A stretch of 64,000 nucleotides of DNA from an uncultured Candidatus Poseidoniales archaeon. GTDB lineage: Archaea > Thermoplasmatota > Poseidoniia > Poseidoniales > Thalassarchaeaceae. Shown piece by piece: positions 26,044-36,009 of this stretch (the stretch's first letter is position 1; each line of letters opens with the position of its first letter). A program made the position numbers and the translations under genes. The notes beneath the pieces are model-generated. The model saw nothing but the letters and a program-made list of their open reading frames with translations, did not search any database and was not told the DNA's origin. The stretch covers positions 1,180 to 65,179 of the forward strand of contig CAZKVK010000001.1 of NCBI GenBank assembly GCA_964556195.1, read 5' to 3'.

Positions 26044-26976
26044 TTAGAGGAAAGCGCCGCAACTACTACAGTATGCGGTACCACTATTGTTTACGGACCC
26101 ACAATCTTGACAGGGAATTACAGATTTTGCGAGGGATGATGGTACTGATGGTTGCCACTGGTTGCCTTCCTTCGCGTCCCAGTTGGTTTGGGGGGCTGGG
26201 TTTTTCACTGTTCTCTTTGCCAGTTCTTTCTCGGCTTTTGCAGCCGCTTTAGCAGCAATCTTCTCTGCCTTTGCTACAGCCTTGGCTTCCTTCCGCGCCT
26301 CTTTCTTTGCTCTCTTTTCATCTTTCGCGGCTTGTTTTTCTCGACGAGCCAATTCCTTTGCAAGGCGTCGCTGAGCGGAGGCTTCTGCACTGGCGCCAAG
26401 GGCGCCGGTGGGTTTGGTGAAATCTTCTAATTCCGTTGAGTCTGACTCAGGATTATATGAGACCCCTTCTACCTGAACATCTACTTCCATTCGAGAATCT
26501 GCCGAATCTAGTTCAATTTCAGCCCCTTCCTTATTCAAATCCGATATTCTTCCACTCATTCTCTTTTGGAATCGTAAACCTGCTCTTCCTCTTGGTTCGC
26601 TACGGGCTTGAGCCTCTAATTTTTCCAATGCAGCATCTCCTCGACTCCACAACCCTTTGTCTTCAAGCCGGTACATACTCGATAGACCCTTGATAGCACT
26701 GGAGCGATGATATTCGTGATCCTCAACTACTCGATACCTCAAGTACATGATTATGCCCAAAACTATCGCTATTCCGTGAATAATTGCTTGTGCAAGGATG
26801 TCTTGTTTGAGTAAATCCTCAATGTTTGGAAGACCGAATCTAAGAGCAACCACACAGATCGTAGGTGCTAGAAGCAATCCCGCGCTAATCAGCGGAGAGC
26901 GCTGTACCATACTCGCGGCTCCCAAATCAATGGTTTGAATTATTCGTGAACATGGGAGCGTGATTATCCATAGCAA
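26044..26976 (-). CDS. Membrane protein (310 aa): 3 N-terminal TM helices, K/A/E-rich low-complexity helical region, C-terminal zinc ribbon
   Basis: TM helices at the N-terminus. RRLAKELARREKQAAKDEKRAKKEARKEAKAVAKAEKIAAKAAAKAEKELAKR repeat region. Terminal CQDCGSVNNSGTAYCSSCGAFL. Confidence 0.6.
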   Translation of the reverse strand: MLWIITLPCSRIIQTIDLGAASMVQRSPLISAGLLLAPTICVVALRFGLPNIEDLLKQDILAQAIIHGIAIVLGIIMYLRYRVVEDHEYHRSSAIKGLSSMYRLEDKGLWSRGDAALEKLEAQARSEPRGRAGLRFQKRMSGRISDLNKEGAEIELDSADSRMEVDVQVEGVSYNPESDSTELEDFTKPTGALGASAEASAQRRLAKELARREKQAAKDEKRAKKEARKEAKAVAKAEKIAAKAAAKAEKELAKRTVKNPAPQTNWDAKEGNQWQPSVPSSLAKSVIPCQDCGSVNNSGTAYCSSCGAFL

Positions 26977-26978
26977 TC

Positions 26979-27524
26979 ATGACCTACACACATCCTCGGG
27001 TTAACATGGAACCGGACATTACAGTCTCTACCGTAGTCAAAACTCACGAGGATATTTTCCTAGTTGAGGGGTCGGTCAAGTCATTATTTCCTGATTGGGA
27101 TTGTGAAATTACTGCGGGCAAGAAAAATTCTCCAATTAGCCGCGAAGCTAGCGAACTTTCTGGGAAATCTAAATCCCTATCCTTAGTAATCGAGAATTGC
27201 TCGAAAAATCGGATACTAGATACTGCATTTGATGCGATGACGATGAATCTACAAGATGATTATACTCACTTTCAATTATCTAGACAGGCTGCATTTGTAG
27301 GGAAAGTCGCCTTTGTCGTTGATGAAATTCCGCTTGGAGGAGTTATGGAGGTTTCTTTGCAGGGTGAAGGTCTAGGTTTGTGGATTGAGCAACTAACATG
27401 GCATGAGGGAAGACATAACGTTCCCAGAAGTCTAGGTGACGACCTGCGTATGGAGCAAGATGGCACTCCATCCGAGTGGTTTGACAATAAAGGAAGAAGA
27501 ACAATGAATTCACATCATGAATGA
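26979..27524 (+). CDS. hypothetical protein (181 aa)
   Basis: ORF starting 3 nt after the divergent neighbour's start codon. No motif recognised. Confidence 0.45.
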   Translation: MTYTHPRVNMEPDITVSTVVKTHEDIFLVEGSVKSLFPDWDCEITAGKKNSPISREASELSGKSKSLSLVIENCSKNRILDTAFDAMTMNLQDDYTHFQLSRQAAFVGKVAFVVDEIPLGGVMEVSLQGEGLGLWIEQLTWHEGRHNVPRSLGDDLRMEQDGTPSEWFDNKGRRTMNSHHE

Positions 27525-28495
27525 GGGATTCCTGATTTCATCCACTCTTCAATCAGAGGTTCGTCAGCGGGTAGCCACTTGACCGAATTTAGAGAGGATT
27601 GGTCTAACCAACTAATCAAATCGTGTTCCTTAGGGTCAACCGATTGCGGGTCAACAATACCACAATCCCAGATGTACAAGTTGACAAAGCGATCCTCGTA
27701 CTCATGTTTTACAAAAGCAACCCTTCGATTGGGATTTACTTTGACTCCCAATTCCTCGGAAATTTCTCTGCGTAAAGCCTCCTCCTCCGATTCACCGACA
27801 TCTATCTTTCCACCAGGGAATTCCCACCATCCAGACCAGACATCATCGGGAGGTCTTCTACAGGCCAGTATCCGCCCCTGAGAATCAAACAAAAGTGCAC
27901 CTACGACTTCTAACCTCGGTTTTGTTGCGAGTGTTTGGATAAGGCGCGTAACAACTTCTATTTGTCTTGTAAATGATACTTCAGTTTCAGGTGGTAAATG
28001 TACAAAAATTGCTGGAGTTTTTTCGGCCGCTGAATATATCGAATTTAATGTCCTATAGATTGTTTCATTACAGACAAATTCTCCTGCTGATTCACTCCAA
28101 ATAACATCATCTTCATTTTCAAATTCCTCGTCTAAAACATGCTTTGAAACTGTTGTTTCGTACCTTGATGGGCACCCCTCAACCACGACCTCATCAACCA
28201 ATCTTCCAGAGTTGTCTGCAATTCTGAAATTAGATTGGTTGTGAGCCCAACGTTCCAATGAAATTATCTTTCGTGATTCGGCTAAGCCCAATTGAATGAT
28301 AGCGTCAAATTTCTCTCCCTGATTAATTAATTCAGATACTCTTCGTGATCCCCCCTTATCACATGTCAATAATTCCGTTACTAATGAAATTCCAGTTATC
28401 CCATTAGATTCTACAGCCATCATTATTTTACTCGAAATATTCTCAATGTGCCCTCCGAATGCTGGAAAAGAAGTCAGTAGAACTCTCGGTTGCAC
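27515..28495 (-). CDS. Fusion protein: pyroglutamyl-peptidase I (C15, Pcp) domain + NUDIX hydrolase domain
   Basis: N-terminal LLTSFPAFGG, QLGLAESRKIISLERWAHN, catalytic Cys block SAGEFVCNETIY and His block IFVHLP match Pcp (Glu-Cys-His triad family C15). C-terminal Nudix box GWWEFPGGKIDVGESEEEALRREISEELGV. Confidence 0.75.
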   Translation of the reverse strand: MQPRVLLTSFPAFGGHIENISSKIMMAVESNGITGISLVTELLTCDKGGSRRVSELINQGEKFDAIIQLGLAESRKIISLERWAHNQSNFRIADNSGRLVDEVVVEGCPSRYETTVSKHVLDEEFENEDDVIWSESAGEFVCNETIYRTLNSIYSAAEKTPAIFVHLPPETEVSFTRQIEVVTRLIQTLATKPRLEVVGALLFDSQGRILACRRPPDDVWSGWWEFPGGKIDVGESEEEALRREISEELGVKVNPNRRVAFVKHEYEDRFVNLYIWDCGIVDPQSVDPKEHDLISWLDQSSLNSVKWLPADEPLIEEWMKSGIPHS

Positions 28496-28580
28496 GTGCC
28501 ACCGAAGGGCTCTCCGTAGTTGTGCCTTGCGTGGTCAGAGAATCGTCATATTCATTCACCACAGGCCCGACCAAGGGGTG

Positions 28581-28910
28581 ATGGGCGCGGATTACGTCGT
28601 TGAAGTCGTCGAGGATGATGAGGATGGCGTAGGCCCTCTCGGTGTCGTCAAAGTGATTTGGTACGAAATTAGTGGAGGTATCGGCCCATGGGGTGCATTG
28701 AGGCCATTAATCGCCATTGCTTTGGCCTTGGTACCCTTATTATTCATCGGACAACATTTCAATCGGCAACATCGTAAGGCTGCTAGCTGGTTCGCAGTTC
28801 AATTCCCTCTACTTCTGACTGTAATATTATGGCCTGTACTATACATTTGGTCCATAGGCGATGCATGGTGGGTTTCAAGCGGTATAGTGGCTCGAGCAGA
28901 GTCCAGTTAG
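28581..28910 (+). CDS. candidate small membrane protein (~109 aa, 3 predicted TM helices)
   Basis: Hydrophobic segments LRPLIAIALALVPLLFIG, WFAVQFPLLLTVILWPVLYIW. Overlaps the trhO start region, so uncertain. Confidence 0.3.
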   Translation: MGADYVVEVVEDDEDGVGPLGVVKVIWYEISGGIGPWGALRPLIAIALALVPLLFIGQHFNRQHRKAASWFAVQFPLLLTVILWPVLYIWSIGDAWWVSSGIVARAESS

Positions 28911-29740
28911 GTGAGCGCGTGACAGGTGAAGTCGTCAATATAGCCGGATATCGTTTTGTTGACCTTCCAGACCGTGATCAACTTCGGGCTCCCTTCAAAT
29001 CTACTTGTGACGAAGCAGGGTTGCTGGGTACAATTTTGCTAAGTCATGAGGGAATCAACTTCTTTCTCTCTGGAAATCAATCGGGTATAGACCACTTTAT
29101 GCGATTTCTCGAATCTGACGAGAGGTTCCTAGAGATTCCCCTCAAGGTATCCTATAGCAATATAATGTCATTTAGGAGAATGAATGTAAGATTAAAGAAT
29201 GAAATTATTTCTCTTGGTCTAGATTCAATTCGCCCTACAGAATCAACAGGGGAATCAATCACGCCTAAAGAATTCAAATCATGGTTAGACGAAGGAAGAG
29301 ACATTATCGTCCTAGATACAAGGAATGATTACGAGGTCCGATTGGGTACTTTCGAGGGTGCAATAGACCTCAACTTATCGACTTTCAGAGGGTTTCCTAG
29401 TGCAGTAGCAGATTCTGAAATTGACAAGAATCAGACAGTAGTTATGTTCTGTACGGGAGGTATCCGTTGTGAAAAGGCAAGCGCGGTGATGATGCAGGAA
29501 GGTTGGTCGGATGTCAGACAGTTAGAAGGTGGAATCCTTGGTTACTTCGAAGAGGTTGGCGCAGATCATTGGAACGGCGATTGTTTCGTTTTCGACAGAA
29601 GGGTTGCTCTCGACCCAGCATTGGAGGAAACAACAACTCAGATGTGCTGGGCTTGCCGAGAGCCATTGACGGAAGAAGAGATGGAAAGTGATCAATATGT
29701 CATTGCCAAATCTTGCCCTTATTGCGTCAAGAAAAATTAG
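28865..29740 (+). CDS. trhO: rhodanese-domain tRNA U34 hydroxylase TrhO (YceA/UPF0176 family)
   Basis: ILLSHEGINFFLSG, rhodanese active-site loop VVMFCTGGIRCEKAS, C-terminal Cys cluster CWACRE...CPYC. Start set at MVGFKRY. Confidence 0.8.
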   Translation: MVGFKRYSGSSRVQLGERVTGEVVNIAGYRFVDLPDRDQLRAPFKSTCDEAGLLGTILLSHEGINFFLSGNQSGIDHFMRFLESDERFLEIPLKVSYSNIMSFRRMNVRLKNEIISLGLDSIRPTESTGESITPKEFKSWLDEGRDIIVLDTRNDYEVRLGTFEGAIDLNLSTFRGFPSAVADSEIDKNQTVVMFCTGGIRCEKASAVMMQEGWSDVRQLEGGILGYFEEVGADHWNGDCFVFDRRVALDPALEETTTQMCWACREPLTEEEMESDQYVIAKSCPYCVKKN

Positions 29741-30222
29741 AACCCTTCTGGGATTTCCATTGGACTGAACAGATGTCCTGGGCTTGTTGCTTCAGCCATC
29801 TGAACTCGTAATCGCATTTCCCAATCCCGAAGTAAGGTTAGTGCTGATGAAAATGGAATCTCCGCACCATTGATGATTACCCTCATCATCGTATCTAGAA
29901 TGTCCATTCTATCTTCATCTAATGTTCCAAGTAGCTTATCCAAAGGAAACGAATCTATTGTTGGTGCACCAAACTCAGTATCAATTTCCCAAGGTTGAGA
30001 TATGTTCACAGGAATTGTTTCACCACTCTGGGATGCAGCCCGTTCGAGTGATTCTAGTAGCACTCTAATGTATTTTGATACCACCAAGGAAACTTCGATT
30101 ACTGGCAAGTTGTATTGCTTGACAAAATTCACCATGTTTTCTTGGAGAAATAGTAATCTTTCCTCGACCGGGGTATCAACCCTTGGCATCTTGGCATTCT
30201 CGTCCACAGTCAATCCACGCAA
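29737..30222 (-). CDS. hypothetical protein (161 aa)
   Basis: ORF with a 4-nt convergent overlap with the trhO stop. No recognisable motif. Confidence 0.45.
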   Translation of the reverse strand: MRGLTVDENAKMPRVDTPVEERLLFLQENMVNFVKQYNLPVIEVSLVVSKYIRVLLESLERAASQSGETIPVNISQPWEIDTEFGAPTIDSFPLDKLLGTLDEDRMDILDTMMRVIINGAEIPFSSALTLLRDWEMRLRVQMAEATSPGHLFSPMEIPEGF

Positions 30223-30255
30223 ACCTTACTGATGAAGAAACCGAATAGGTTGCCC

Positions 30256-33200
30256 TCAATTTGTTGTTCGGTCATCATATCGAATCGGAGAACCTGAATT
30301 ACCGCGAACTCCGTCCAACATATCATCCTCGATTTCGAAGTAATCGTTGGCCCAATCGCCATCTGTATCCCAATTTGTTGGGTCTGTTCCGTCGGCAATT
30401 TGGTCTCCATCTATATCAATTATCCACCAACCCCAAACAAATTCGCCCAAACCGGTGTTTGGATAGTGGTATCGGTCTCCAGCAAAGCGTTGGTAATTGT
30501 CTGTCCAAGCACCGTTGACCAGAATCTCGTCATCTGACTCATCTAGGTATTGATAATCCACATCATTATCATTTACGATGTAGGCGTAGAGTAAATCCTC
30601 ATTATTGACTTTGTACATTCTCATGTAATTACTCTGTAACGCAGCAACGCCCCCACATGTTCCAAGCAGTGATTCTCTTAGTTGCCACCACTCCTGGACG
30701 ATATTACCGGAACAATCGTAGAGGTTGGCCTGTCGAACCAATGTTGGCGAGGAAAGGGTTGCATTTACAACTCCGTAATATTCTTGGAAATTATTGTAGG
30801 GAACATAGACACAGTTTCCTCCTGTGCAATCCCAACCCCCATCATTGTCTGCATCTTGACCGGCGTCGCTAGGATCTGTGGCGTCGTGGGTGAACCAGGT
30901 ATACTCGAGATCCGGTCTAGCGATGGAGCCTCCATTGACTGTAACCGGTTTCAAAACATTCGGGGTTACTTGATACCAGACTACGGAGATTTCTAGATAA
31001 GATGACCAATTATCGTTGGTCTCATTCCAGCCTCTATAATACTCGTAAAAGTCAGGCATCATATCTCCGTCGGTATCATTGTCAAGAGGATTAGTTCCAT
31101 ATTTGAACACCTCACGACCATCTGAAAGATTGAGATTCTGCAGATAATCAACTACTATACCACCGCTGAATACAGGCTCCATTACCATTGAATCGTCATC
31201 ACTATCCAAATCTAATGGATGAGTTCCGTTATTGTATTCCATTAGGTTAGTGAAGTACAACTCAGAGTTTGAAGGGAGAATTTGCTGATTGGCGCGAGCT
31301 GGTGTGAATTCTCTATTTTCCCAAACACCTTGTTCAGCCGGTGTGTCAAAAATTGTTTTGTCATACCAACCATCGGCATCTGGGTCATAATCAATATCCA
31401 ATGGGTTTAGCGGGTTTAGTGACCAGCGATAGTCGTTAACTGGTAGCCATTCTCCGTAGATTGAGTAGCAGAATTCCCAACCATCGGGCAGGCCATCGCT
31501 ATCGGAGTCTGGATGTGTTGGATCGGAAACACCGGCTAGACTGAAATTGAAATTATCTGGATCTATGGCATTAATCAGCCCGACTCTATCACTTGATTCG
31601 ATATCCTTGGTCGAAAATAGAATCCACAATTGATCTGCTGCTGCCTGCTCAGACATGCCTCTTTCTTGCATGTATGCAGTGATGGTATCCTGACCGTAAG
31701 ATACCAAACCTGTTCCATTTGGAATTGTATCAATAGCCGAGCGCTTACCATATACACGAGCATCATACTCAGCCAAGTTATCGAATGATTCAGAATCCGA
31801 AATATACCCATCTCCATTACAATCGAATGAATCATCATCACTATCAACATGAATATCGGTATCTGTGAGTGGATTCATTGTCCAAATGTTATCTTCCAAA
31901 TCCCATTCCGTAAACCAATACTCGTATCCATCACTCATACCGTCTCGATCGGTATCATCAGAATTTGGATCGGTTATCCCTAGTAAAGCAAGAAGAAGGG
32001 GTTTGGCCGGTTCCCCATTTTGCCAATCATCGAATTGCTCTAGTGCAATCTCAGCTCTACCTTCCTTATTGAAGAGAATACGATAGACACGATTTACAGC
32101 TTCATCGGGGTCTAGAGATTCCGCCTCTTCCCATAATCTAGGTGCGTCGGGAGGTGATAGGCCACCATTCTGTGGATTTTTGTTAGTAAGGTTCAGTTCT
32201 ACTAAGTCTGTGATTCCATCGCGGTCTGAATCGTAGTTGCCATCACCAGCAACCAGTGGATTTAGTGTCCAGGTCTCATCGGTTGCATTCCATCTAGTGA
32301 ACATTAATTCAATTCCATCGAGCAACCCATCTCCATCTGTATCGGGTTCATTGGGGTCGGCAGTATACCCTCTGAGTTGTATGTCTTCTTCACTGAGGAA
32401 TGTTCCAAAGGATAGCGTCGATTCTGCCGACAACCAAGGAGTAGCGAGCAATTCACCCCCGACATGTAGCAAGTAGAATTGAGGAACTGTTGTAAGGTCG
32501 TCTATTTCACTTAAATTGCCATCAATAACGTTGTACTCTTCCCAATTATTCATGCCGTCTCCATCGGGATCTCCAACCTGGTCTCCTTCATTCACAGGAT
32601 TTAATGTCCAAGACTCATCGTACAAACTCCAACGTGCGTGGTAGAATTCCCATCCATCTGGAATACCATCTCTATCCGAATCAGAATCAAGAGGATTAGC
32701 GGCACCGACGTCCTCACTGGTTGTGCTATTAACTAGGCTACGATACGCTGTGCTAGTTTGGGCTCCGAACGAATCCCCAGCAAAGCCTAACCAGGATTCG
32801 TGAGTAAGTAAAGTTGTGAAATTTTCAGGGAAATTGAGACCGGAATCGGTTCTATCTGAATAGATGATTTGGTCCTTAAGGTGGTATTCAAGCCAATTCA
32901 CAAGACTCTCATTTAGATCTAAGATTCCATCATGGTTGACATCAAAACCGTCTCCATCTGGGTTGTTTAGAGCATCTGAACCATTTAGTGGATTAATTCC
33001 ACGATTATTTCTACCCCATGTACATTGATAACGAGCCTCCCAACCATCTGGTAAGGAATCACCATCCGAATCAGGATTATTTGGATCAGTCTTCGTCCAA
33101 CTCTGAGCCGCGCTAGCGTTTTCTCCGTGAGTCGGTAAACCCTCTAATGACACAATTTCCACATAGAGACCCCAGTTGTATTCACAGAGATTATCCAAGC

Positions 33201-36009
33201 CATCTCCGTCGGCATCCATGGTTGCATCGGAGGGATCTCTCGGATCTAGTGTCCAAAGGTTACCACCAGTGTATACATCCCCAATCCAGCGGCGATGTTC
33301 AATTTCCCAGCCATCTGGCATTCCATCTCCGTCGCTGTCTAAACTGGTTGGGTCTGTAGGGCCGTCAGTGCCCCCTCCAGCGCCAGAGTTTAACCAGCCT
33401 GAGAGGTGGACCTCTAGAGCATCCTCTCCAACTTCATCATCACAAATATATTCCTCGTTTAGGTAATGGCATGAGAAATCTGTAGAGTCTGCAAACCAAC
33501 CCCAATATTCCTCTCCATCGGTTAAACCATCACCATCAGTGTCGATGTTTCTTGGATCTGTGCCATTGAAGCCTCCTTCACTTATGTTGATGAATCTATA
33601 CTCGTCGAGGTTGGACCATTCACGGTTGAAACTGATTCCATCAATATCGAAAAACACTCCATCCGCATCTGCATCCCTAAATCGATCATATGGGTCTGTG
33701 GGGTCAAGCCCATAGGCAAACTCCCACCCATCGGGCATTCCATCTAAGTCAGAATCGATAGATTGAGGATTTATTGGCATGATGTTCATGTATTCACCAG
33801 GAGAAACTCCTGCAAACAAATACTGGTTACCATCGTGAATGAAGGTAGTTAGCGAAATGACAAGCCCCGGCAACCTTGTTTGGTTTTCAAAAATCCCTAG
33901 GACGCCTTGAGAACCCCCCTCGAGAGCCCATGTTCCGTCCCTTGAACCTAACAATATCTGTCCATCTATTGCGTGAATAGAATGGATGTCGTTGGCACCT
34001 TCTTCCCAGCGTTCTAGATTGAACATTCGATCGGTGTTGAAGGCCTGTTTCGGAAGCCCGACAAACAGATCTAAATCAATCAAGTGGATTCCACCCGGTG
34101 TTCCAAGCCAAACTCCAGTAACTTCCTCTAATGAGCCGTCTGTAGCTACTGGCCCTGCTAGTTCCATGACATTAACCACTGCCGACTTTGATTGATTCAG
34201 TAGGTCAGCAAATTGAACATATTCTTCTGCGTCTTCTGTTGTGTAAATCCAGAAAGGTTGACCTATCGAAGGAGTGCCATCAGTGGTATCCCAGCGAATC
34301 ATACCACTATCTGTTCCAACAATCATCATTGGGCCTCTACCGGCCATAGGAACGTGGATTACTTCTGTGAATGAGGCATCGGCCTCGTCTAACATTTCTG
34401 TAAGTTCTTCTATTGCAGTGGCTTCGGTAAAGTCTGGATTGCCAATTCCAGAGGATGGTTCCGAAATTGTTATTCTCCACGCCTTTGAGCCGTGTCCAAG
34501 TATAATCAAATCCAAATCCCCGCTACCAGTTTGTAGAGGTTCAATGACTTGAATAGGCCCTAAGTTGGATTCCGTCAATGTTTCCATCTGTGGTAAGCCA
34601 TTTTCAAGAATTAGCGAATGAATCCCATGGTTGGTTCCTAAGATTAGGTAATCTACAGAGGATGGATTCCAACGCATCATGGTAAACATTTCCATACCAC
34701 TCGGTAAATCAAAAGTCGTAGATATGCCACCAAATGGATCGATTGCCGTTATTCCATAAGCAGAACCAACCAATAGGCGATCTCGTGGATTATCAGATAG
34801 AACGGTGTGTACTCTTCCATCCACCAACATAGGGTTAGTTCCTTGGTCGAATAGCATAATTTCATCAGATTGACCAGTTAAGATGGTGCCTCTTAATCCA
34901 GAACGGACCCAGTGACCGCTATCCATGTGAATCAAATATTCCTCATAATTGCTGAAAGCCTCCCCCCAGCGAGCGGTTGCAATTGATGAATCAGGAATGA
35001 TAAAACCGTCTCGATCTAAATCCCAACCATCTGAATCTGAGTCCAACGTTGCATCGCTTGCATTTCTTGGATCAAGACCATGGTATGCCTCCCAACCGTC
35101 AGGGATTCCATCTCCGGGCACTGCCAGACTGGTTGGAATTAATTCACTCCAAGTATAATGATCGGAGTCCATGCGACGAGGGTCACTACCCAACCATCCA
35201 TCGTCGCCAGTCGGCCTCTGAATCTCATCTTGACAGGCGTCAGGATGTAGATTGGGCATTTTTCCAGCACACCACAAACCATCCCTCTCAGTGAGCCAAT
35301 CTGTTGGTGTGCCGAACCAATATTCTTCGGAATTAGTGTATCTTTCATCGAGATCTATTTCACCGTCTCGATTTACATCAAAACCATCCCCACAACCCCA
35401 TTCACTAGCCTGTTCGGTGCATAAATCCGCATCTTCAAGTGCATCCGAATCGTCCAATGGATCAAAGTAAAGACAATGCCATTCACTAGTGGCTTGATTT
35501 TGATAACCTGCTCCTCCTTCTGTACACATGTAGATTTCATATCCGTCTGGAAGACCATCGCCGTCGGTATCTGATTCTCTAGGGTCAAGATATTCCCTAA
35601 ATCCGGATTCGGTTTCATCCGGAGATTTACCAGTCAATGAGAGACGCTCTGTAAAGCAGGTTTCTAATGTCCATGGCCAACAATATTCCATCAGAGCGCT
35701 CGCTCCATCTCTATCAAAGTCGGTAACGTTATCCGAACCATTCATTGGATCTAATCCCTCAACTACAACAACTCCAAACGGAGTGTCGATATGTCTTGCT
35801 TCGCCAAAAATCACTTCGTGGATATCGGGGATTAAATCTTCATCCTGATCTACAGCCATCGGCCCAGAACCCGGTAAATCTGGCGGGTCCACGGATGACA
35901 CTGGTGCCTGTGGTCGAGTTTGAGAAACGAATAACAGACTACTCAAAATCAACAATGTGACGAAGAACGCAGTTTGCTTGCGTCGCATGGTATGACCTCT
36001 GGTGGACAT
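30256..36009 (-). CDS. Giant secreted protein (1917 aa) with >14 thrombospondin type-3-like calcium-binding repeats and a central beta-propeller-like region; no membrane anchor
   Basis: Signal peptide MRRKQTAFFVTLLILSSLLFVSQT. Recurrent (N/D)P.D.D(S/T)DGDG(L/M)PDGWE units, e.g. DSDGDGLPDGYE, DTDGDGLTDGEE, DSDGDGMPDGWE, DADGDGLDNLCE, DSDGDSLPDGWE, DTDGDGLLDGIE, DSDSDGLPDGWE. Confidence 0.85.
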   Translation of the reverse strand: MSTRGHTMRRKQTAFFVTLLILSSLLFVSQTRPQAPVSSVDPPDLPGSGPMAVDQDEDLIPDIHEVIFGEARHIDTPFGVVVVEGLDPMNGSDNVTDFDRDGASALMEYCWPWTLETCFTERLSLTGKSPDETESGFREYLDPRESDTDGDGLPDGYEIYMCTEGGAGYQNQATSEWHCLYFDPLDDSDALEDADLCTEQASEWGCGDGFDVNRDGEIDLDERYTNSEEYWFGTPTDWLTERDGLWCAGKMPNLHPDACQDEIQRPTGDDGWLGSDPRRMDSDHYTWSELIPTSLAVPGDGIPDGWEAYHGLDPRNASDATLDSDSDGWDLDRDGFIIPDSSIATARWGEAFSNYEEYLIHMDSGHWVRSGLRGTILTGQSDEIMLFDQGTNPMLVDGRVHTVLSDNPRDRLLVGSAYGITAIDPFGGISTTFDLPSGMEMFTMMRWNPSSVDYLILGTNHGIHSLILENGLPQMETLTESNLGPIQVIEPLQTGSGDLDLIILGHGSKAWRITISEPSSGIGNPDFTEATAIEELTEMLDEADASFTEVIHVPMAGRGPMMIVGTDSGMIRWDTTDGTPSIGQPFWIYTTEDAEEYVQFADLLNQSKSAVVNVMELAGPVATDGSLEEVTGVWLGTPGGIHLIDLDLFVGLPKQAFNTDRMFNLERWEEGANDIHSIHAIDGQILLGSRDGTWALEGGSQGVLGIFENQTRLPGLVISLTTFIHDGNQYLFAGVSPGEYMNIMPINPQSIDSDLDGMPDGWEFAYGLDPTDPYDRFRDADADGVFFDIDGISFNREWSNLDEYRFINISEGGFNGTDPRNIDTDGDGLTDGEEYWGWFADSTDFSCHYLNEEYICDDEVGEDALEVHLSGWLNSGAGGGTDGPTDPTSLDSDGDGMPDGWEIEHRRWIGDVYTGGNLWTLDPRDPSDATMDADGDGLDNLCEYNWGLYVEIVSLEGLPTHGENASAAQSWTKTDPNNPDSDGDSLPDGWEARYQCTWGRNNRGINPLNGSDALNNPDGDGFDVNHDGILDLNESLVNWLEYHLKDQIIYSDRTDSGLNFPENFTTLLTHESWLGFAGDSFGAQTSTAYRSLVNSTTSEDVGAANPLDSDSDRDGIPDGWEFYHARWSLYDESWTLNPVNEGDQVGDPDGDGMNNWEEYNVIDGNLSEIDDLTTVPQFYLLHVGGELLATPWLSAESTLSFGTFLSEEDIQLRGYTADPNEPDTDGDGLLDGIELMFTRWNATDETWTLNPLVAGDGNYDSDRDGITDLVELNLTNKNPQNGGLSPPDAPRLWEEAESLDPDEAVNRVYRILFNKEGRAEIALEQFDDWQNGEPAKPLLLALLGITDPNSDDTDRDGMSDGYEYWFTEWDLEDNIWTMNPLTDTDIHVDSDDDSFDCNGDGYISDSESFDNLAEYDARVYGKRSAIDTIPNGTGLVSYGQDTITAYMQERGMSEQAAADQLWILFSTKDIESSDRVGLINAIDPDNFNFSLAGVSDPTHPDSDSDGLPDGWEFCYSIYGEWLPVNDYRWSLNPLNPLDIDYDPDADGWYDKTIFDTPAEQGVWENREFTPARANQQILPSNSELYFTNLMEYNNGTHPLDLDSDDDSMVMEPVFSGGIVVDYLQNLNLSDGREVFKYGTNPLDNDTDGDMMPDFYEYYRGWNETNDNWSSYLEISVVWYQVTPNVLKPVTVNGGSIARPDLEYTWFTHDATDPSDAGQDADNDGGWDCTGGNCVYVPYNNFQEYYGVVNATLSSPTLVRQANLYDCSGNIVQEWWQLRESLLGTCGGVAALQSNYMRMYKVNNEDLLYAYIVNDNDVDYQYLDESDDEILVNGAWTDNYQRFAGDRYHYPNTGLGEFVWGWWIIDIDGDQIADGTDPTNWDTDGDWANDYFEIEDDMLDGVRGNSGSPIRYDDRTTN

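Noticed and set aside
26044-26976. GrpE next to dnaJ
   Set aside because: Position and the K/A/E-rich helix suggested GrpE. But the protein has three TM helices and a terminal zinc ribbon and lacks the GrpE beta-sheet C-terminal motifs.
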